Below, one piece after another: positions 26,413 to 38,173 of a stretch of DNA of 64,000 nt. Positions within the stretch are counted from its first letter, which is position 1. Every line of letters begins with the position of its first letter. Under the pieces are notes generated by a model, which worked only from the letters and a program-made list of their open reading frames with translations, was not told the DNA's origin and did no database searches. The DNA is from Hamiltosporidium tvaerminnensis FI-OER-3-3 (Eukaryota > Fungi > Microsporidia): contig JAKIMF020000013.1 in the NCBI GenBank assembly GCA_022605425.2, positions 372,001 to 436,000 on the forward strand. The letters run 5' to 3'. The position numbers and the translations under genes were made by a program.

Positions 26413-27122
26413 GTGGAGAGAGTATAACACATAAAAAACATTGTGCTTGGCAACGAATAAGTGAACTGATGTATGAAATCGTTGTTTTGATTTTCCAAAG
26501 GCCTAATCATCTACATTTTCGGTGTTTTTTGGGAGGTTGTGTGAAGAGAAGGATCTAGTTTATAGCGAAATTTTTCCTAAAAGTCTATTTTGTAGTTTTT
26601 TATGTAACCAGGTTGCAGACTGCAGCCAAACTTTAAGCAACTTGCATAAAAATCTTCGAAATCTAGCCTTGCTCGATCAGATTAGAAAATTTAGCCTTTT
26701 ATAGATATAAAAATAAAAACATTTAAAGCCAGGGGAGCAAAGTAACAGGTTATGCCTATTAGATGACCTTTGCTTTGCCTAGGTGGACCCACTAAGTCCC
26801 TGAGATATATCTTAGTTGGAAATTTATGAGGTTCAGAAGGTGTAGGGTAAGTGGAATGCTGCATGGTTGTGTGGGAACTCAGGGCGGATTTCGACCTAAG
26901 ACCATACACTTTTGCTCAGAAATTAACAAAAACCGGGCAACTGTCTCAACCATTATTTTGTTCTAAATGCTTCTTAGATAAAAGACTTTAGGATTAGGTA
27001 TCGTAGGAGATATCGATGGAGTTTTTGGGAGCGATTTTTCATGTTAAATCCAGAACAGCGTTATTGTCAGTGAACAATGTAGTACTTATCACTGTTTTAA
27101 AAGATGTGATACTTTTAAATAA
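26413..27122 (+). mobile_element. ~720-nt dispersed non-coding element, full-length copy (opposite orientation to the 57 kb copy)
   Basis: Begins GTGGAGAGAGTATAACACATAAAAAAC and ends GATGTGATACTTTTAAATAA; colinear with the reverse complement of 57139-57864. Confidence 0.9.
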
Positions 27123-27435
27123 GTTATTTTACAAATAGTAAAATATTACCAATAATTTACAATCTTTAATTAAAAAATTTATTTAAAAGTTGTTTATATT
27201 TCTCACGTATGTTCTTCTTCCTTCCAAGGATCTTTTAAAAAGAATAAAAAAAATTTTATTTTAAGTTGCAAGTAAAATATAAGTGGTAATTATCATAAAT
27301 TTTAAGTAACCACATAAAACTTCTGATATATAATAAAATCTAACTGTAAAATCTCAAGTTTATGGTGAAGACTTATAACTTTTAAAAATTATTTTTTAAT
27401 ATTTTTTCGGTTATTTTAAGAAATATGTAAGTAAG

Positions 27436-27438
27436 CCC
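27436..27438 (+). promoter_or_regulatory. CCC motif before the start codon (also at 9574, 41043, ~34572 and, on the minus strand, 50538-50541; GGG at ~21779)
   Basis: C- or G-triplets sit within ~17 nt of the ATG in otherwise AT-rich upstream DNA, as described for microsporidian transcription/initiation signals. Confidence 0.6.
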
Positions 27439-28380
27439 ATGGTATTACCGTTAACCGAAAAATATAGACCTTTGATATTGACAGATATTCTAGGAAATGA
27501 AGAAGTAATGTATTCATTACAACTTTTAGTACAAAATAAAATATTGCCGCACACTTTATTTTATGGACCACCTGGGACAGGCAAAACAACTACAATACGT
27601 GCAATATCTCACCAACTATATCCATCACATACCAAATCACACGTATTAGAACTGAATGCCAGTGACGAACGTGGAATAGATGTTGTACGCGAAGATATAA
27701 AAAACTTTGCATCTACTGTATCGTTACATGGCGGTCAAAAACTGATAATACTTGATGAAGTTGATTCGATGAGCAAAGATGGGCAAAATGCACTCCGGCG
27801 AATTATTGAAGATTTCAGTGAAAACACCCGTTTTTGTTTGATTGCAAATTACCAGTCAAAAATAATACCTGCTCTTCAGTCCAGATGTACAAAATTTAGG
27901 TTTTCACCTGTCTGTTCCGATAAAGTACACGACAGAATATCTTTTATCTGCCACCAAGAAAATATAAAGATCACACCCGACGGTCTCTCTGCACTACTTT
28001 CCATCTTCGATGGTGATATGAGAAAACTAATTAACGATCTTGATGGTATAATTTCGTGCTACAAAATAATTAATAAAACCCATGTGCATACCGTTACTGG
28101 TTCAATAGATAAGAAAGAATATATTAATATTTATAATTCTCTTATCAGTGACACGTTTGACATTTCATATTCCACCATCACACATTTCAAAATACTTCAT
28201 AGTATTGATTTACAAAGTATTATTCAGGAAATTGTTGAAGTACTGATAAATGAAAATATAAAAAATAAGTTTAAAATTTTAAAAAATATTTCTGATATCG
28301 AATATAGATTGGGACAGGGATGTTCTGAGGATATACAGTTACGAGCATTTATAAGTTGTTTTAAATTAAACAAGGATTAG
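27439..28380 (+). CDS. RFC3: Replication factor C small subunit (most like yeast Rfc3 / human RFC5)
   Basis: EKYRP, Walker A GPPGTGKT, LELNASDERGIDVVR, Walker B IILDEVD and the SRC motif; CCC immediately before the ATG. The paralog assignment is less certain than the family call. Confidence 0.92.
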   Translation: MVLPLTEKYRPLILTDILGNEEVMYSLQLLVQNKILPHTLFYGPPGTGKTTTIRAISHQLYPSHTKSHVLELNASDERGIDVVREDIKNFASTVSLHGGQKLIILDEVDSMSKDGQNALRRIIEDFSENTRFCLIANYQSKIIPALQSRCTKFRFSPVCSDKVHDRISFICHQENIKITPDGLSALLSIFDGDMRKLINDLDGIISCYKIINKTHVHTVTGSIDKKEYINIYNSLISDTFDISYSTITHFKILHSIDLQSIIQEIVEVLINENIKNKFKILKNISDIEYRLGQGCSEDIQLRAFISCFKLNKD

Positions 28381-28638
28381 TTAATTACAAATATATTCAT
28401 TGATTGTATTTATTTTTTTATTATTTTTCATTTCTTATTGATTTCATTTATTTCTTAATAGGTCCTATTTATTATAAATTTATATCACATATACTTCCCT
28501 TTACCCAAACTTACCATTAAACTACACCCCACCCCTTCCTCACCTTAACATCTACATCTTAATCCTTCTTTATATATTCTCTTCTATTAAGTATTACTCA
28601 CCCTCCATATTTATAAAATATTACATCTTATACCTAAA

Positions 28639-29193
28639 ATGGATAGCAATGAACACATTTCTTTTAGAGATAATTATTGGTTAAATACAAATACTCTAAC
28701 ACCAGAAACTGTACTTACATATTTTTCAAATTCACAATTCTACGACAAATCGTGCAATAACGAAATATTAAAAATGCAAACACAATATAACAATTTAATA
28801 GATTTGAAATTAAAACTTAACGAAATGAAAGGTATTCAGTATATAGTAGATCATACTGATACAAATAATACATTATTTGTTATTCAAAAGATAAAAAGAT
28901 ATTCTTCTAATGATATCGAATTACTTAATATATATTATATTATTCATGGTAATATATACCAATCACCCACCAATATTGGTATATTTAAAAGTAGAATGTG
29001 TAATATGTTTTTTTATTTATCTGAAGCTTTGGATATGTATTTGGATAGAAGAGTATACAATCCATTTAAAGGAAGTAGCATTGGTAAAATAAATACATTG
29101 GAAATACATGAAAGTGAGATTGAAGAAGAAAATGAAGAGGTAAAGTTTTTATATAAAATATTTAATGATTTTAAAAATATTGAAAAATATTAA
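28639..29193 (+). CDS. MED6: Mediator complex subunit 6
   Basis: ISFRDNYWL...VLTYFSNSQFYDKSCNNEILKMQ...MKGIQY...LFVIQK...YYIIHGNIYQSP matches the Med6 signature. Confidence 0.92.
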   Translation: MDSNEHISFRDNYWLNTNTLTPETVLTYFSNSQFYDKSCNNEILKMQTQYNNLIDLKLKLNEMKGIQYIVDHTDTNNTLFVIQKIKRYSSNDIELLNIYYIIHGNIYQSPTNIGIFKSRMCNMFFYLSEALDMYLDRRVYNPFKGSSIGKINTLEIHESEIEEENEEVKFLYKIFNDFKNIEKY

Positions 29194-29696
29194 AAAAAAA
29201 TGAAAATAAAATGTTTTTTAATTATTTATAATCATATCGGTTTTATAAATAGTAATTCTTGTAATATTTATTTGTACTTAGAAGTATTTATTATACTATT
29301 TTTATTATAATAAGTATTTTTATAATATGTCTCTTATTAAAGTATAATTAGTATTTGAAGGCGAGAAATGGGGAGATAAATCCTATTTTAGTAGGTTTTT
29401 ATATTAAAATAATGAATTAGAAATATTATGGTTTTTTGTTGGACACAAATAATATGGTGATTTGAAAGGTTTTGTTTCTTAGTATATTTTATTAAGAAAT
29501 TTTCAAATTTTGAAGTGAAATTTGTATTTTGTGTGTTTTTTATGAAATTTTAGTTTTAAATTGATAATTTATAAAAGAAATTGGTTGGAATTGCAATCTG
29601 AGTTTATTTAATAAAATTATTTTGAATAATATACAATTCAAATACTATTTTTTAATAATAAATTAGTTCGAATCAGAATTTAGATTTATTCAATAG

Positions 29697-29876
29697 AAAA
29701 TTAAGTGGGATATTATTTAAATGATTAATTTTTTAGAAATAAATCAGCGGAAGTTTAAATGTGAATATTCTATAAAATTAAGTGGGATATTATTTAAATG
29801 AAGTAATTTTTTAGAAATAAATCAGCGGAAATTTAAATGTGAATATTCTATAAAATTAAGTGGGATATTATTTAAA
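29697..29876. repeat. 77-78 bp tandem repeat, ~2.4 copies, just downstream of the 29902-30834 gene
   Basis: TTAAGTGGGATATTATTTAAAT starts at 29701, 29778 and 29856. Confidence 0.93.
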
Positions 29877-29901
29877 TTAAATTTATAAGGTTTTTTAATT
29901 A

Positions 29902-30834
29902 TTAAAATAGCTGTTTAAAAGATTGTAAAGTGGTAGTAAGCCATTGTTTAAGCTTTTGTGAGCGTTTCATAAGTTCGTTTGTTTCATTTTGTACTTCATT
30001 AAACTTACTGGCATAGTCAGTTTTGACTTCGTGGTTATGCGATTCTTTGATTTTATTCATGTATTTTTTAAGTTTAGCAAGATTTCGTGCAAGTGTATCG
30101 TGATCCTCTTTATAATATGTTTTGGCGCGTTTAACATATATTTCTATCTTTACAAGTTCATCAGAAATAAGTTCCTTGAGAGTCTCAAATACTTTGAGCA
30201 TATTTCTTATGCGATCATAGAGAGTGTGTGGATCTGGTAATCTTTGCTGTTTAAGATCTAAAAGATCTTTGACTGGATCCCATGGCTCCATAATACCGTT
30301 GTATTCAAATATTTTTGCTAGTTGCTTACCTACCTCCGGATTTTTCTCAATAAATTTCTCTAATTCGGTTTGCTCCGGTTTACTTGATACCGAAACCTTT
30401 GTGACTTTTTTTGTTGCATTTGGATTCGACGGTGCCACTTGAACGGTTTGGGGTGGATTGGTTGAAGTGGATTTTACTGCGGGTTGTTGTGTAACAGTAG
30501 TTGTTGAATTATAATTATTAGGAGCAGTGGGTACACTTGGGTTCTGATATGCATATGCAGGGTTGTATCCTGGCATCCCCGGACACATTTGAGTTGGATA
30601 TTGTGGATTTTGATTTTGGTATACAATATAGCATCCGGGTGCCGGATTTGCAGCAGCGCTTGGTTGTGATGTATACATTCCAATTTTTTCACCTTTAAAC
30701 ATATCTAATCCATACTTTTTGTGAATACCTGCTCGTAACATATTCCCAAAATTTGAAAGTATATTACTTTTATCAATTTCTATATTACTATCTTCACATA
30801 AAATATATCTTGCAATTAGATACAACAATAGCAT
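29902..30834 (-). CDS. Hypothetical secreted protein (signal peptide, P/Q/N/T-rich linker, coiled-coil C-terminus)
   Basis: N-terminal MLLLYLIARYILC, a Pro/Gln/Tyr/Thr-rich middle, and a K/E/L-rich helical tail; GC-elevated coding-like composition. Confidence 0.8.
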   Translation of the reverse strand: MLLLYLIARYILCEDSNIEIDKSNILSNFGNMLRAGIHKKYGLDMFKGEKIGMYTSQPSAAANPAPGCYIVYQNQNPQYPTQMCPGMPGYNPAYAYQNPSVPTAPNNYNSTTTVTQQPAVKSTSTNPPQTVQVAPSNPNATKKVTKVSVSSKPEQTELEKFIEKNPEVGKQLAKIFEYNGIMEPWDPVKDLLDLKQQRLPDPHTLYDRIRNMLKVFETLKELISDELVKIEIYVKRAKTYYKEDHDTLARNLAKLKKYMNKIKESHNHEVKTDYASKFNEVQNETNELMKRSQKLKQWLTTTLQSFKQLF

Positions 30835-33461
30835 TGGAATTTACTTTCGTTTTTTATTTTTATTTTCACATTCAAACATTTGTTTTGAAAATATGACACC
30901 ATGTGTTACATTTTGATATCATATGACATTTTTATTTTACATGTAAACACAAAACAAAAATTGATTTATCATTAAATCCTTTATCTTTTTTAATAATAAA
31001 ACACTTACATTTTAAAACTAGCGATTCAATACTATTTATACTGTTTTTTTATCAAATGAAAAATATAAACTATTATAATTTAAAACACAATTATTATCTT
31101 CGATTAAGGTTATTTATAATCTAGTATTATAATAGATTTAACATATTCGGAAAAAAGAATATAATCTATTAAAAAAATCTCATTAATTCTTTGATCAATA
31201 TCAAGAAATGTTTTTTTTAAAAAAAAATATTTTAAATCTAAGATTATCTTTATTATATTTTTTTAATATATTATTAAATTAATTAAGAAAAAAATATTTA
31301 AATTGAATGAATTTTAAAATTAGTCGGCTGTATATATTTTATATCGAAGTTCCCAATATTAATGTAAATCAATTTGGAAAAGAATGTAGTTTTTTGGTGG
31401 CACAAAATTATTTATGATTGTATTTCTACACTATCTCATCATTTATATAATCTAGTAATTTAAAAAGAACATAGATCTAAATATTAAAACATACTTTAAA
31501 AATAGTAAGGCATGACCTAATATTGCACCGATTTGTAAAATGACTCTTAATTAGTTCTAAATCTTAGAAAAGCAATAATACCATTCAGACTCGAACATGA
31601 AGCATCCTGAAACATTTAATTGGTCCAAAAAAATATGTACACAACTGTTTTTGAAAAAAACTTTTAAAAATTGTGGTAAAAGATTCGAAAGACCTTAATA
31701 CTATATTTCTTTTACGTTTTTCAAGTTCAAATTTTTAAATTAAGATAAAATGTAAAGAGAATTTTATAATTTTTTTCTAATAATTATTCCTAATACGTAA
31801 ACAATACTAAAATAGAATTAATATTGCAATGTCTTTTTACTTGGTGATTTAATTATATATTTAATAAAAATTAAATATAACAGCTATGCTTTATATAAAA
31901 TCATAGAATGCTATATCTATTTTAAAAAAATAATAAGTATGAAGTTAGAAAAACATTTGATTAACTAATATATAGTTTGCGACGAAAACTGTTTTTTATA
32001 GAAAGATAACTTTATACATATACATGCCAACGAAAAAAAAAAAAACAGAATTAGATAAAAATAGATTATAAGGTTAACTTAGCATAATGAAATTAATGAG
32101 CTTAAGAGCTCATAAAAAATTTAATGCAAGTAGATCGGAATGATAAAAATAAGAAACTAAAAAAATCTTCAATTTTAATCAACAAATTTCTCAAGGCAAC
32201 TAAAAATCTAGATTAGAAAGTCTGAAAATATACGAGTTAACAGATCAGGTGTGTTTTAAAATTCCAATTCAAATGATTGAGAAATTGGTGCGAAAATAAT
32301 GAAGTTAAAAAGATAAATCTACTTCTTTTTTTTGAAGAATGTAAAATTAAGTTCATTTTTACAAGCGTAAAAAACCAGTTAATTTAATAACGAAATAAAT
32401 GTTTTTGGATTCTGTAGTTTGTAATGCGTTGTTGTTTTTAGGCAAATTTAATGAAATTTTGTTCCAAAAGTAAACATGATTGATTCAAGTGGGACAAGAA
32501 TGTTTTTCTTTCTTTAAAATAACGATGTTTGTTGAACAGTAAAAATTTGTGTAAATGTTATTAAGTCTTATAAAATCCGAGGGTTGGTTGGCGGCGTATT
32601 ATTTTGGCAAAACTAGACACTACTATATCATACGAAAATATAAAGCATTCAATACTATGTTTTTATCTCCAAATTAATATAAATTAAAGTTTAAAAAACA
32701 CGTAAAATAATTTTGCACAGAAGAATTACATGAATGATTATGAGAAATATGCGTTGAATCCAGAATCGAACTCTGACTCTATTAGTAATATCAAATGTTA
32801 TAGTTATCCTGAGTAAGAAATTGAATAATATTTGGCTCATATAATTACATACATTATATTTTATAAAGAATTTCTCCGGCTTTTGAAATCAAAAACCTAG
32901 GTAGCGACATTTAAAAAATAAATAGGTCTTGTTTGTAGATCAGGTGTTTATATATTTCAAATAAAATACATTATGATGTTATTTTTATTGATTTTGTTTA
33001 TATCAGCATTTCATATACAATGTTTTGATGTTAATTTAAATATAATTTAGTGTTTTATTCGGCAAAAACAAAATATTTTTCATTGATCAAAGCTTAAATA
33101 AATATTTACACTAATACCGCGAACTTAGAGATATCCTGCAAATTTCAAAGAAAAAAGCTATAAAAAAATACCAACAGTTTATATTACTAATTATTATAGA
33201 ATAAAAAAGCTTAAACCAACAAGAAAAAACAACATATAATTTTTATGATCAAGTTAAGCATCATACAGAGCAAAAAAACTTTTTATACAAATTCGTGTCA
33301 AAAAAACAGAAGAAAAACACAATCGGGTATAGTCATCTATTTATTATAAAATCTTAATTATATATTTATTGTTTTCTACCGAATTTGTTTCTAAATATTA
33401 TCCTACAATCTCATAAAAGTATTTTTTTTTATCATTTTTTAAAAATTTTATAAATAATTTT

Positions 33462-34180
33462 TTGTCAAGAAAACCAGATTAAAAACTATCTGCTTGCCAA
33501 TGTTTAAATGAAATTGATGTAAAAATAAGGTTCTTAATTCTTAACAGTGATCAAAACTGCATTATATTTCCGAGTTTTCCAAAGGTTTTGGCATGAAGAT
33601 AGAAAGCCTAAAAAATGATAAAAAATATATAAAAAGTAACTTTTTGGTTTTTTTACGTGAAAATATAGTAAACCAGGATTTAATCTTTTGTTTTTTGCTT
33701 CTCAAGCACAGAAATTCTGTCTTTTTCACTGAGTTGGAAGACTTAGTGCTTGGGATATACAAAACTCCATGGCTCTTAAAAAGCCAGTAAAGCTATTAAA
33801 GCTATATAGCATGTTATACTTGTTTATGTGGCATCGAAAGATCAGAGTATACCCCATCTAGGTTGCCGGGATATATCTTGGCTGAAAGGAATTTTCCTTA
33901 AAAAAGTGTATATTATGATGGAATTAGCAGTCTCATGTTGCCCTTGGTTGCTTTTGACTAAACATCAGATACCAGACCCACCAAATTAAATTCTGCGGGT
34001 AACTAAAACTTCCATTAAATGGATTCTATTCACCTTTGTACGGAAGCCTGTGATTTGAATATTCAATGGATACCGATAAAGTTCTAATAGAGGTGTTAGA
34101 TATGTAAAACCTAGAACTGCTTTAATGACATGAAAACAATATAATATACCTTACTTTTACAAAACGATGATTTATTAATT
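33462..34180 (+). mobile_element. ~720-nt dispersed non-coding element, strongly diverged copy
   Basis: AAAAACTATCTGCTTGCCAATG, GTTGGAAGACTTAGTGCTTGGGA, GATATATCTTGGCTG and AAACCTAGAACTGCTTTAATGACATGAAAACAA are colinear with the other copies. Confidence 0.8.
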
Positions 34181-34582
34181 AAAATTTTAAAATATTTAGC
34201 GATATTGGAGATATTTTAAACTTTATTTAAAAGTAATCCCATACGTTGTTAAAAGATGTTCTAATATTAGTAGATTTTCTAGAAATAAATAGGAGCTTCT
34301 TTGACTAAAAAATATATTATTTTTTATTTTTATTTTCCTCATACTTCGAGTTCTTTTTTTTTGAGGGTTAAAGAAGTAAAATATGATTTTTCTTCTTCTC
34401 TTTGTTTAACCAAAAGTTAATTAAGATCTCCTCAATATTTTTTATTATAATTCTGCGTTTGTAGAGATAGCATTTTTAAACAATAAAACAACAAATTAAA
34501 AGCAAAAGAATAATAGGATTTAAATATTTATATTTTGGTTTTTGATCGTACATTTTATTAAACGATTTATTCCCATATAAGA

Positions 34583-35587
34583 ATGAACACTGAAAATATT
34601 TTGGAAGATTTTAAAAAGCGACTTAAAAAAATATCGTATTCAATGTGTAAAAATAGATTAAAAGAAGAAAATTTGATGAAGAAAGATGTAGAGTTAATAA
34701 CTGATTGTAGGAATCAAACGATAGAATCATTAAAGAGAGTATCATTACAATCGATTGTAAATATTAATGATAGACCGATAACTACACTAAAAATATTTAA
34801 TGATCGAATATATTATGGTACGAGAGATGGCAAATTATGTGATATAGGTTTAAATGACAATACAAATATTTCAAAACATCAAATTTCTGAACATCCAATT
34901 TCTTGTATAGTTCAAAAAGAAATTAATTTTTTAATAACCGATTTTGGAGGCAATATATATAGCTTTGAAAATTTTGAAGCAAAACTACTAAAAAATGTAG
35001 AAAGTAGGATCCTGAATTTTAATTTTCAAAAGGAATGTAACTTTTTCTGCTATAATGATGAAAATGCATCTTTTCATATTTTAGATGCGTCAAAACTTGT
35101 TAATATAGCAAAGGTTGATACTAATAATAGCATTTATAATCTAGATTTACACCCAGATGGTAATTTATTAATGGTTAATCACATGAATAGCGATATTTAT
35201 GATTTAAGATGTTTAGATGTAATAATGAGGTATGGAAAAAATGTAATGTCTGGTGCATTCATGAAAAACGGATTTATGATAAATATAGGCACCAAAGAGG
35301 GAGTATTAAGTTGCTATGACATTAGAAACATTAAAAATGTCGGTAATATTTTATCTCATAAAAGTTCAATTCTTAATGTTACGAATTATGATTTTTTCAC
35401 CGTTTCATATTCTGCAGATAATGATCTTAATTTTTCTTCGGTTTTTATGTCACAAATATTTAATAAATTTGATTTTGATAGCAATATTACTGGATTCGAT
35501 AAATCTGAAGAATACCTGGCTATCGGATTTACGAATAAAACAATTAAAATATTTCGTTTTTATTTTCTACAAATATATTCTTTTTGA
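34583..35587 (+). CDS. PRP4: WD40 protein, likely U4/U6 snRNP Prp4-like
   Basis: NDRPIT at the propeller start, LDLHPDGNLL, YDLRCLDVIM, KNGFMINIG...YDIRN and ILSH resemble Prp4 WD repeats (cf. DDRPIS, FHPDGSL, WDLRTGRCIM, PNGY). Confidence 0.65.
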   Translation: MNTENILEDFKKRLKKISYSMCKNRLKEENLMKKDVELITDCRNQTIESLKRVSLQSIVNINDRPITTLKIFNDRIYYGTRDGKLCDIGLNDNTNISKHQISEHPISCIVQKEINFLITDFGGNIYSFENFEAKLLKNVESRILNFNFQKECNFFCYNDENASFHILDASKLVNIAKVDTNNSIYNLDLHPDGNLLMVNHMNSDIYDLRCLDVIMRYGKNVMSGAFMKNGFMINIGTKEGVLSCYDIRNIKNVGNILSHKSSILNVTNYDFFTVSYSADNDLNFSSVFMSQIFNKFDFDSNITGFDKSEEYLAIGFTNKTIKIFRFYFLQIYSF

Positions 35588-36407
35588 TTTATTAAAAATT
35601 CGTAGAAACTTTATATAAATTTAGACAAATCATATAAATTATCAAGAATTTATATTTTTAAATCTATTTTATATTGCAAGTAGAAAATCAAAGTAATATT
35701 TCAGCTGAAAAATATAATTGGAATTTAAAAACAATATATTACAAATAGTATATGTTTCAAACTCAAATTTTTTTCTAGATATTTATAATTCAAATTTAAT
35801 ATCAAAGTTGATTTCCGGTACTATAGGTTTCAAGCTTTAGATATTTATAAAGACATATATTTTAATTTAAAAATATGTTTTAATTGCAAAAAACTTCATA
35901 TTTTATTCCCTAATTAAAAGCTTGTAAAACCTTACTCTTTGTTCACTTTCTTATAAATTTTTGTTTTTAATAAACGAGTCAAAAGTAATATTTTTCTCTG
36001 ATATTATGTTAGATTAATCATGAAAAATATTTGGAATAATTTACTATAAATGTAAAAAAAAACAATTTCGATCGGTAAATATTTTTTGTATACATTTCTA
36101 TATTTTGTCCAGAAAATAATATAAAAAGCGGTTAAAATGGTAACGCCTGAACTTATTACATTATATATTCATATATAAATCTATATTTTCATGATAATCT
36201 AATAGTTTTCCTTCTTTCATTTAAATATGGAAAATTGAATTGTGTTAAAGAAGAAATTCTTTTAAAATTGATGATTAATTACAATAAATATTACGCTATA
36301 ATATATTTTATTGCCAAGATTTGCTATAAGCATTGGAAAAAAATTATAAGTTTTTATACATGTTTGATCGGAAAATATAGAAAAAGATTGACGGTACATA
36401 CATTTTT

Positions 36408-37037
36408 TTATTTGGTTAGAAATTTTAGAACTGCAAATACAAGAACCGCTATTATTAAAACACCTAAAACTGTAAATATTACAGTTTTATATCTACTAAA
36501 CCAACTTGGGTCTGCTTGCTTTGGTAGTAACTTGTATTTCCTATCTTTTACGTCGAAATAAAATCTGCCGCTTTCATGTGTCTGGCCATTGGTTTCTTTA
36601 AGCTCAAAAAAATATAATTTTGGCGATTCACTAGACTCTGGCAACTTATTTTTATTAAATTCTATTTCAAAGGTGTTATTTTTATCTAAAGAAGAGACTT
36701 CTTTCAATTCGTCTGTCAGATCAAATTCAATTGCATCATCACTTACTTCTTTTGTTCCTTCACTTTTTAATAGAAACGTATCAATATTTACTTTCTTAAG
36801 CAGTCTTAATTTTGCGGTATTTTCACCGCCTACCATTCCAATAAGCTCTAATACTTTATTTATATCAGGATTTTTGGAACTACTTTTAGGTGCAGAACCA
36901 GCATTTGTCGTATCCTCTTTAGGATCTTCTGTTTTTGGATCTCTTGGGGTGCTTCGTCTAGGATTCTCTTCTATATCAACTCTAGCAAATACAAATAAAT
37001 TCAAAACGATTGAACAATAAAATATAAATTTCAACAT
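36408..37037 (-). CDS. Small type-I membrane protein, paralog 1
   Basis: Signal peptide, C-terminal TM (VIFTVLGVLIIAVLVFAVL) and a very short tail; shares motifs with the neighbouring genes. Confidence 0.85.
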   Translation of the reverse strand: MLKFIFYCSIVLNLFVFARVDIEENPRRSTPRDPKTEDPKEDTTNAGSAPKSSSKNPDINKVLELIGMVGGENTAKLRLLKKVNIDTFLLKSEGTKEVSDDAIEFDLTDELKEVSSLDKNNTFEIEFNKNKLPESSESPKLYFFELKETNGQTHESGRFYFDVKDRKYKLLPKQADPSWFSRYKTVIFTVLGVLIIAVLVFAVLKFLTK

Positions 37038-37267
37038 AAATATATTGTTTTTAGTCTTTATATATTTTTTAGGTGATTAATTAAGTAGATTGAATTATTT
37101 ATTTATTAAACACAACCAAATATATCTTCTAAGAAATAACAATGATAAATTGAAATTAATTAATTAATATAATTTATCTTGACGCAAAAGATCTGGAATA
37201 AAAAAAATTACAAACAAAAAAATGTAAAGTTGAATACAATAAAAATACAAGAAATCTACATTTTTAT

Positions 37268-37822
37268 TTATCTATTCATAATTTTCATTAAAATAAACAG
37301 ACATATTAGTACACCAATTACAACCAATCCTACATAAAGAATGGTTGTCCAGCTGAATCCAAGGAAACCTCCCTTGATTTCGCGTACTAGTTTAAATTTG
37401 TTATCTTTTTTGTCATATTTGAAGGCTTCACTCTGAAAACTTCCCCCGGATTCATCTATTTTAAAAGAATATGCTATTTTATTATCTTTGTCAAGATCTA
37501 GTTCAGATAAGTTTACTTCGATGTCATTGCCTTCAAATTTATAATCTTTTTTCTTTATTACTTTGTCTACGACATAGCCATTTATATTTTCTGGGTTTTC
37601 GTTGCGCATTAGATATATATTATCTATATATACTTTTTTGGAAAGCAATATTGTAGCTTTATGATCGTCTCCATTTGATTCAAAACACAAATTTTGAATA
37701 GGGCTTCTTTTTGTTTCGTTGGTTTTACCACTTGAACCTTCATTTTCATTTGGTTTTCTTGCTTCTACCATATGTGGAATAATAATACAAAAAATTATTT
37801 TTCGGATCGACAAAATTTGCAT
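37268..37822 (-). CDS. Small type-I membrane protein, paralog 2
   Basis: Signal peptide and C-terminal TM. ATILLSKKVYIDN and FKYDKKDNKFKL match AKLRLLKKVNIDT and FYFDVKDRKYKL in paralog 1. Confidence 0.85.
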   Translation of the reverse strand: MQILSIRKIIFCIIIPHMVEARKPNENEGSSGKTNETKRSPIQNLCFESNGDDHKATILLSKKVYIDNIYLMRNENPENINGYVVDKVIKKKDYKFEGNDIEVNLSELDLDKDNKIAYSFKIDESGGSFQSEAFKYDKKDNKFKLVREIKGGFLGFSWTTILYVGLVVIGVLICLFILMKIMNR

Positions 37823-38173
37823 GTTTGGAATATCTATTTTCTTTGCTTATATAATTTGTATTTTTGATATATTAATTCATAAAATAAATTTACAAATTCG
37901 ATTAATTAACTTATGATGTTTTTTTCAATATATCTTAATCAATAAAATTTCGTATATTTTCGAGCTTTACAATTTTTGCGATCATATAGATAAATTATTT
38001 TGCAAAGCTATGCCCAATAAATTAAAAATATCATTCTTGGCATATAAAATTCGCTTATAAAAATGTTCAAGATATCAAAAATATGAATAAATATTTATTA
38101 TATTTTCAAAACAAAATATTTAATTTATCAAATACATTTAATTAGAAATATAAAGAAGGAAAATGTCTTCGGA

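Noticed and set aside
27425-27441. ATGTAAGT resembling a start-codon-adjacent microsporidian intron before RFC
   Set aside because: There is no room for a branch point and acceptor, and the CCC-ATG at 27439 already gives a complete N-terminus.
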